NCBI GenBank assembly: GCA_044372405.1
Contig: JBILRW010000003.1
Coordinates: 13,381-77,380, forward strand
Direction: 5' to 3'
Length of the DNA: 64,000 nt
From: Alphaproteobacteria bacterium
GTDB lineage: Bacteria; Pseudomonadota; Alphaproteobacteria; JAJTHO01; CANGYM01
The position numbers and the translations under genes were made by a program. Shown piece by piece: positions 58,091-64,000 of the stretch. The notes under the pieces are model-generated. The model worked only from the letters and a program-made list of their open reading frames with translations, had not been told where the DNA came from and made no database searches. Numbering within the stretch: position 1 is the stretch's first letter; each line of letters starts with the position of its first letter.

Positions 58091-59527
58091 TTATCCCACA
58101 ATTTTCTGACGCAGCGTTTGGATCTCCTCAGAAAAATCAGGATCATGATCCATAATTTGCCGGACTTTGCGAACGGCGTACATGACGGTGGTGTGATCTT
58201 TGCCCCCGTAGTATTTGCCGATTTCTGGTAAGGAAAAGGCGGTGAATTCCTTGGCCATAAACATCGCCACCTGGCGGGGGCGGGCAATGGTGCGTAGGCG
58301 GGTGCTGGCCAAAATATCACTTAAACTTAACCGATAGTGATCGGCCACAACCTTGGTGAGGGAATCCAGCGTCACTGGTTTGGACTGGGACCGCAGCATA
58401 TCGCGCAGTTGAATCCGTGTGCTCTCAATGGTAATGGGGGCGGCTGATAATTCGGCGTGGGCCGTGATACGGTTCAAGGCGCCCTCCAGCTCCCGAACAT
58501 TGGACGTGATGGATTCCGCCAAAAACGCCAAGACATTTTGGGGTATGGGAATCCCCAGGGCGTCGGCTTTGTTTTGTAAAATGCCCAGACGCAATTCATA
58601 GCTGGTGGGATGAATATCAGCCACCAAGCCCCAAGCCAGACGGGATTTCAGGCGCTCGTGAATCCCCTCCAGGTCCGAGGGGGATTTATCCGCTGAAATA
58701 ATCACCTGTCGGTTTTGATCAATCAGGGCGTTAAAGGTATGGAAAAACTCTTCCTGGGTGGAGTTTTTATCGCTGATAAACTGAACATCATCAATCATCA
58801 GGACATCGACGGAGCGAAACATTTCCTTAAACGCCATGGTGTCCTTAAACCGAATCGCCCGCACAAATTCGTACATGAATTTTTCCGCCGACAAATAAAC
58901 CACCCGACGTTCCGGAGTTTTTTCCGCAATGTGCCAAGCAATGGCATGCATCAGATGGGTTTTACCCAAACCCACGCCCCCATACAAAAAGAGCGGATTA
59001 AAATTCACCACATCGGCATCCGCAATACGTCGCGCCGCTGAAAACGCCAATTCGTTGGATTTCCCCACAACAAAGGTATCAAATGTTAACCGGGGATCCA
59101 GTTGAATCGAATAACGGGACAAATCTGCGGACGAGCTGGAGGCACTCAGCGAGGGCAAAGGCATCCCCACGGGCGGTGTTTCCAAAAGGGCGGGATTGAT
59201 CGTGGTGTTGGCAGAAAGGGGGGAATGACCCTCCCCCACATCAATGGTGATGTCGGTAAGGGTTGGGTTTAACCGACGGACGAAAAAACGAATACGGTCC
59301 GTATAATGACTTTCAATCCATTTTCTGGCCAAGGTACTGGGGGCGATCAAACGCAAGCGATGTTCATCGGCCTGGGAAAATACGATGGGGCGAATCCAGC
59401 TGTCAAAAGCCGCCTGGCCCAGCTCGCGCCGCAGAGAATCCTGAACCGTTTGCCACTGCTGCTGATTCAAAGGAAGCCTCCCTACGCCATTGTTGACTGT
59501 ATCATAAATCCGGAAACCCGGTCGCAA
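58091..59527 (-). CDS. dnaA: Chromosomal replication initiator protein DnaA
   Basis: 478 aa with AAA+ Walker A GGVGLGKTHL, a sensor region, and the C-terminal DnaA-box-binding domain (VTLDSLTKVVADHY...HTTVMYA). Confidence 0.9.
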   Translation of the reverse strand: MRPGFRIYDTVNNGVGRLPLNQQQWQTVQDSLRRELGQAAFDSWIRPIVFSQADEHRLRLIAPSTLARKWIESHYTDRIRFFVRRLNPTLTDITIDVGEGHSPLSANTTINPALLETPPVGMPLPSLSASSSSADLSRYSIQLDPRLTFDTFVVGKSNELAFSAARRIADADVVNFNPLFLYGGVGLGKTHLMHAIAWHIAEKTPERRVVYLSAEKFMYEFVRAIRFKDTMAFKEMFRSVDVLMIDDVQFISDKNSTQEEFFHTFNALIDQNRQVIISADKSPSDLEGIHERLKSRLAWGLVADIHPTSYELRLGILQNKADALGIPIPQNVLAFLAESITSNVRELEGALNRITAHAELSAAPITIESTRIQLRDMLRSQSKPVTLDSLTKVVADHYRLSLSDILASTRLRTIARPRQVAMFMAKEFTAFSLPEIGKYYGGKDHTTVMYAVRKVRQIMDHDPDFSEEIQTLRQKIVG

Positions 59528-59582
59528 AGCTATTGGAGCTGAAACCCCAAAAAAACTATCTGTCAGTAGTTAAAGAAAACGC

Positions 59583-59849
59583 CTAAGCGGACAAAGCCGC
59601 CACGCGGGCATGAAGACCCGAAATACGACGCGCCGCCGTGTTTTTATGCAAAACACCCTTCGTCACGCCCCGGTGGATTTCGGGCTGGGCCAGGAGAAAC
59701 GCCTGACGCGCGGCCTCTGCATTGCCGGCAAGGACAGCGTCCTCCACATGACGAATAAAGGTTTTGATACGACTGACCCGGGCCCGACGAACTTCCGTGC
59801 GCTTAATGGTCTGACGGGCCCGTTTCAGGGCAGATTTGTGATTAGCCAT
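59583..59849 (-). CDS. rpsT: 30S ribosomal protein S20
   Basis: 88 aa with the canonical S20 N-terminus MANHKSALKRARQTIKRTE. Confidence 0.9.
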   Translation of the reverse strand: MANHKSALKRARQTIKRTEVRRARVSRIKTFIRHVEDAVLAGNAEAARQAFLLAQPEIHRGVTKGVLHKNTAARRISGLHARVAALSA

Positions 59850-59964
59850 AATGAGACAACTCTACTTTGCTTTCCAAAAGTTCTCCTGTTGTACCCCGGG
59901 CCGTCTTCCAGGTCAAGAGGGCAATTGCTCTCTGAATTGCCCTCTGACAAAGCGTCCCCTGACA

Positions 59965-62235
59965 TCATCCCTCTACCCATTTGGCCATCACCGTTCGGGT
60001 CAGGCCATCATCCAAAAAGGTCACCTCCAGTTTATCAGCATCCAGGATGGTGGCAACGACGCCCGGACCGTAACTGTTGTGCCGAACCGTTTGGCCGGGG
60101 CGAAAGGCCACCGTGGCGGCGGGGTTTTTGTGGGATGCGGCAAACGCCTGGCGCATGCCCTGGGTCCGTGAGGGATTGTACAGCGGTAAAATCGGGATGC
60201 TATCCTGGGATTCTTCCCAAACGTCCAGGGTTTTGGCGCTGCGGCCGCCGCCATATTGGCCAAAGGCACCGGGCGATCCAGCGGCTTTGTTATGGTTATG
60301 ATGGTGAATATGGGCGCTGGGCAATTCCTGTAAAAACCGTGATGGGGGATTGTATTGCCAGCTGTTGAATTTCCGGCGGCTGTTGGCATAGCTGATAATG
60401 GCCTGTTTGCGGGCGCGGGTCAGGCCGACATAGGCCAGGCGGCGTTCTTCCTCCACCCCCTTATCCCCTGATTCATCAATGGCGCGTTGGTTGGGAAAAA
60501 TACCTTCTTCCCATCCAGGCAGGAAAACGGTGTCGAATTCCAGTCCCTTGGCCGCGTGCATGGTCATGATGGACACTTTATCGCCGTCCCCTGCCTCCGC
60601 CGTATCGGCCACCAGCATGACGTGTTCTAAAAAAGTATTCAGGCTGTCAAAGGCATGCAGGGCCGTTACCAATTCCTTTACGTTATCCAAACGCGCCTCA
60701 GCATCCGGCGTTTTGGTTTCTTTCCACATGGCGGTATAGCCGGATTCATCCAGGATCATGGCCATCATTTCGGCGGGGGAGCATCGGCTTAACTGATTCC
60801 GCCAGCCCTCTACCATCATCACAAACTGTTGCAACGGCTTACCGCCCCGGCCAAACAATTCGCCCGTTTGGTTTTTTTGCAGCAGAAGGCGATAAATGGA
60901 TATCCCCAAACGCTCGGCCTCCGCCGCCAAGGTTTGCACGGTGGTGGATCCAATGCCGCGTTTGGGCAGATTGATAATGCGGTCCAGGGCCAGATCATCG
61001 TCAATTTGGGTGGTCAGGCGCAAATACGCCAAAGCATCCCGAATTTCCTGCCGATCATAAAACCGCAGGCCGCCGATGACCTGATAGGGAATGGCGGCAT
61101 TCATCAGGGCCTCTTCCAGCTCCCGCGTTTGAAAGCTGGCCCGCACCAACAGGGCCATTTGGCCCAAAGGATGGCCACTGGCGGCACGTTTTTCGATGGA
61201 TTTGGCCAGCAGACGAGATTCCTCCGCCGAATCCCAAACATGGTGCACGGCGATTTTTTCCCCCGTTTGATCGTCCGTCCACAGGGTTTTTCCCAAACGT
61301 CCTTGATTGTTTTGAATCAAATGGGATGCGGCTGTGAGAATCGTTTGGGTTGAGCGATAATTTTGTTCCAGCTTAATAACTTTCGCACCCGGAAAATCCT
61401 GATCAAAGCGCAGGATATTGTCCACCTCGGCCCCGCGCCATCCGTAAATGGATTGATCATCATCCCCGACACAGCACAAATTGCCGTGCCCCTGGGCCAA
61501 CAAACGCAGCCATAAATATTGGGACACGTTGGTGTCCTGATACTCATCCACCAGAATATAGCGGAATTGTTGTTGGTAGTGGCGCAGGACCTCAGGAAAA
61601 TCCCGAAACAACACCAGACACAGCAAAATCATATCGCCAAAATCCAGGGCGTTGAGGTTTTTCAGTCGCGCCTGATAATCCTGATAAAACCGTATGGCTT
61701 TACCGCGCAGTTCTTTTTTCTGTTCACTGGCGGGCACATCAGCGGGCAGCCAGCCGCGATCCTTCCACCGCTGAATCACACTGCTGACAACGCGGGGGGG
61801 GCAGGCTTTTTCATCCAGACCGTAATCTTTCAAAAGCCCCTTGATGATCCGCAGTTGATCATCGGTATCCAAAATGGTGAAGTTTTCCGTATACCCCAAT
61901 TTATCAATATGTTGCCGCAAAATACGGGCGCACAGGGCATGAAAGGTCCCCAGCCACAGGCCCCCCACAGCATCCCCCACCATGGCGTGAATCCGGTGAC
62001 GCATTTCCGTGGCCGCCTTGTTGGTAAAGGTCACTGCCAGAATGCGAGAGGCATAGACATCATAATCCTGAATCAAATGCGCCAAACGCGTGGTCAGCAC
62101 ACGGGTTTTTCCCGTCCCCGCGCCGGCCAGAACCAAAACGGGTCCCTGTACGGCCTGCACCGCCGCAGCCTGTTCGGGGTTTAATCCTTCACAAAGGGAG
62201 ACAGCCGGTCTTTCGGCAACAAGATTTTCGGTCAT
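59965..62235 (-). CDS. uvrD: ATP-dependent DNA helicase UvrD/Rep family (DNA helicase II)
   Basis: 756 aa with Walker A AGAGTGKT, a DExx motif (VDEYQD), and a C-terminal UvrD_C domain. Confidence 0.8.
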   Translation of the reverse strand: MTENLVAERPAVSLCEGLNPEQAAAVQAVQGPVLVLAGAGTGKTRVLTTRLAHLIQDYDVYASRILAVTFTNKAATEMRHRIHAMVGDAVGGLWLGTFHALCARILRQHIDKLGYTENFTILDTDDQLRIIKGLLKDYGLDEKACPPRVVSSVIQRWKDRGWLPADVPASEQKKELRGKAIRFYQDYQARLKNLNALDFGDMILLCLVLFRDFPEVLRHYQQQFRYILVDEYQDTNVSQYLWLRLLAQGHGNLCCVGDDDQSIYGWRGAEVDNILRFDQDFPGAKVIKLEQNYRSTQTILTAASHLIQNNQGRLGKTLWTDDQTGEKIAVHHVWDSAEESRLLAKSIEKRAASGHPLGQMALLVRASFQTRELEEALMNAAIPYQVIGGLRFYDRQEIRDALAYLRLTTQIDDDLALDRIINLPKRGIGSTTVQTLAAEAERLGISIYRLLLQKNQTGELFGRGGKPLQQFVMMVEGWRNQLSRCSPAEMMAMILDESGYTAMWKETKTPDAEARLDNVKELVTALHAFDSLNTFLEHVMLVADTAEAGDGDKVSIMTMHAAKGLEFDTVFLPGWEEGIFPNQRAIDESGDKGVEEERRLAYVGLTRARKQAIISYANSRRKFNSWQYNPPSRFLQELPSAHIHHHNHNKAAGSPGAFGQYGGGRSAKTLDVWEESQDSIPILPLYNPSRTQGMRQAFAASHKNPAATVAFRPGQTVRHNSYGPGVVATILDADKLEVTFLDDGLTRTVMAKWVEG

Positions 62236-62337
62236 GGGAATAATCCTTCTCTATCACCCCTCCTCTTTACCATAAGGAGGGGCGTCGGTGGGAAAATGTT
62301 TGCAGTGAGGAGAAAATCCTATGCCGATGGCTGTACT

Positions 62338-62829
62338 TTAGGGAGCTTTGGAAGAGTGGTGCTCCACAATCAACCAACCTTTGGCACCTTTTTCAAAAAC
62401 AAAGCTGTAACGCGCCGGAATTTTCACCGTTTTGTCTCCATCCTGAAACTGGAAGGTATACAAACCACTCACCACGGCCGTGTTTTCATCCAGAACATTG
62501 ATGAATTGTTTGGTGACGGTGGCGGAGAGTTCCGGCCTGGCCAGGAGCCCCTTAAAATACGTCAAGCGATCTTGTTGGTTGGTAATGGGGGCGGCCTGTA
62601 GGGTGGCGAGAAGAACAGCATTATCGGCATACAAGCTGACAATTTTTTCGGGATCCCCACTGGATAAAGCCGTTCGCCACTGGGCAAAAGCGTCACTAAC
62701 GTCTTTTTCGTTATTGGCCAATTGGTTATTGGTCAATTCATCATTGGCTAATGCCGGTGTTGCCATGGTGATGACAAAAACCAGGCATAGCCCTAAAAAA
62801 AAGCCTGAAAAAAGGTTTGTCTTTTTCAT
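62338..62829 (-). CDS. Secreted NTF2/SnoaL-like (DUF4440-like) protein
   Basis: 163 aa with a signal peptide. The C-terminal pattern ...TAVVSGLYTFQFQDGD...ARYSFVFEKGAKGWLIVEHHSS is typical of NTF2-like cone-shaped folds. Confidence 0.45.
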   Translation of the reverse strand: MKKTNLFSGFFLGLCLVFVITMATPALANDELTNNQLANNEKDVSDAFAQWRTALSSGDPEKIVSLYADNAVLLATLQAAPITNQQDRLTYFKGLLARPELSATVTKQFINVLDENTAVVSGLYTFQFQDGDKTVKIPARYSFVFEKGAKGWLIVEHHSSKAP

Positions 62830-62953
62830 GTCGAATTTCCTTTATTGGTTATGGTTTTACGCTGCCTATGTATCCTATAGAACCTTGATAGGGGCCGCAA
62901 GGACTATGATCGTGCTAAATAATTGCTGGCGGCCCCTTTACCAAACCACCCCT

Positions 62954-63925
62954 CTACCCCCCCCTTTCCGCCAGAACCTGAAGAATCTCCCGAAAGGCCG
63001 CGTGAATGGGGGCGGGGCCGGGGAGGGTGGCCAGGGCGGCCTCGGCCTGGCGGGTGTGGTGCAGAACCAGGCGGTGCATATCGATAAAAACGTCGTGTTG
63101 TGTCATCAGGTCCTTTATGGTGGGCAGGGCTGTGTGACGCTGGTCTTCGTTATGAATCAGGGTCTGCATCCAGGTTTTTTGGGATTCAGGGGCACGCTGA
63201 TAAAGGGTCAGCCAGGGCCAGGTGACTTTGCCCTCAAAAAAATCCTTCCCCACCGTTTTGCCCAGCGGGCCCGCATCGGCGGTGTAATCCAGCAGGTCAT
63301 CCTGCAATTGAAACGCCAGCCCCAAATGCAAGCCCAACCGGCGCAAGGCATCGCATGTGCCTTGGGGAGCCTGCGCCAAATACCCGGTGACTTCGCAGGC
63401 GGCGGCAAACAGCTCGGCCGTTTTGCGCTCAATAATATTGAAATAATGCTCTTCGGTCACGGTTAGGTTTTTCAGCGACAAGAGTTGCAACACCTCGCCC
63501 TCGGCAATGCGGGAGGACGCCCGGGCCAGAATCTCCAGCACCTTCAGCGTTTCCGTTTGCACCATCAACTGAAACGCGCGACTGAACAAAAAATCCCCCA
63601 CCAGCACGTTGGCGGCATTGCCCCACACCAGGCGGGCACTGGTTTTGCCCCGGCGTTCCTCCGCCTGATCCACAACATCATCATGCAAAAGTGTGGCGGT
63701 ATGAATACATTCCACGGCGGCGGCCAGGGGATAATGATGGGAGCCTTCATAATTGAGCAATCCGGCACAAGCCAGGGTCAAGAGGGGGCGGATTCGTTTC
63801 CCCCCTGCATCCAATAAATAGTGCGATAAATCAGGGATCAAGGCAATGCCAGAGGATACATTTTCCGACAGCAGGGCCTCAACCTTCATCATATCATCGG
63901 CAAAGATCTGGCTGAGGGCGTCCAT
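62954..63925 (-). CDS. ispB: Polyprenyl (octaprenyl) diphosphate synthase
   Basis: 323 aa with the first DDxxD motif LLHDDVVDQAEERRG and the second motif FQLQDDLLD. Confidence 0.85.
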   Translation of the reverse strand: MDALSQIFADDMMKVEALLSENVSSGIALIPDLSHYLLDAGGKRIRPLLTLACAGLLNYEGSHHYPLAAAVECIHTATLLHDDVVDQAEERRGKTSARLVWGNAANVLVGDFLFSRAFQLMVQTETLKVLEILARASSRIAEGEVLQLLSLKNLTVTEEHYFNIIERKTAELFAAACEVTGYLAQAPQGTCDALRRLGLHLGLAFQLQDDLLDYTADAGPLGKTVGKDFFEGKVTWPWLTLYQRAPESQKTWMQTLIHNEDQRHTALPTIKDLMTQHDVFIDMHRLVLHHTRQAEAALATLPGPAPIHAAFREILQVLAERGG

Positions 63926-64000
63926 AACCGTTTTTTTTCTGGCATTGCTTCCTTTTCTGTTTTAGGGTGGGGGCATGTCAAGACCTTTCCCGTTTTTCCG

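Noticed and set aside
60021-60389. 122-aa minus ORF and 59610-60368 plus ORF overlapping uvrD C-terminus/rpsT
   Set aside because: Alternative-frame and antisense ORFs of well-supported uvrD and rpsT genes.
63208-63817. Several 65-110 aa ORFs on both strands within ispB
   Set aside because: Shadow ORFs. ispB has both DDxxD motifs in the called frame.
1-64000. CRISPR arrays, rRNA operons, intact prophage or integrase genes
   Set aside because: No regularly spaced direct repeats with unique spacers. No rRNA-like conserved segments. No integrase, terminase or capsid-like ORFs found on inspection of all frames.

Overview
This 64-kb window reads as a housekeeping-dense chromosomal segment of an alphaproteobacterium with moderate GC, about 90% coding. 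I called about 57 protein genes, one tRNA-Leu(CAA) and no rRNA or CRISPR. The alphaproteobacterial assignment rests on the following markers: GapR/DUF2312, NDUFA9-like and NDUFAF7-like proteins, ntrY-ntrX, ccmABCD, and glycine tRNA ligase split into glyQ and glyS. dnaA and rpsT are present, so the window lies near the replication origin region. Recognisable genes include yejB/yejE, pepF, dapD, rnhB, glyQS, fabD, ccmABCD, tsaE, motAB, fliP, fliL, rpsU, addA, ubiA, hemH, ettA, pdxA, surA, an ABC-2 GldFG-like system with DUF4340, prfB, phrB, ntrYX, thiL, dsbA, dnaA, rpsT, uvrD and ispB. prfB carries the canonical +1 frameshift (CTT TGA C), which the ORF track splits. Flagellar genes are scattered rather than clustered. 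Gene order is unusual in several places: fabD with no fabG/acpP, addA with no addB, surA-pdxA with no lptD, and ntrYX fused behind prfB-phrB.

I could not identify a named undescribed multi-gene system from sequence alone. The strongest candidate is a low-GC island at 27.1-29.75 kb. It encodes an 861-aa orphan protein with an internal sigma-70 region-4-like helix-turn-helix. Other accessory-like spots are: (a) a small island at 52.97-53.9 kb with a bidirectional terminator, an orphan gene, an (AT)9 microsatellite and a decayed IS5-like transposase; (b) a 95-bp palindromic element with 16-bp inverted termini at 40.43 kb; (c) several 13-17 bp exact tandem duplications in promoter regions; and (d) a cluster downstream of ntrX encoding an NMO-like flavoprotein, a membrane protein and a 1002-aa AMIN/TPR secreted protein.
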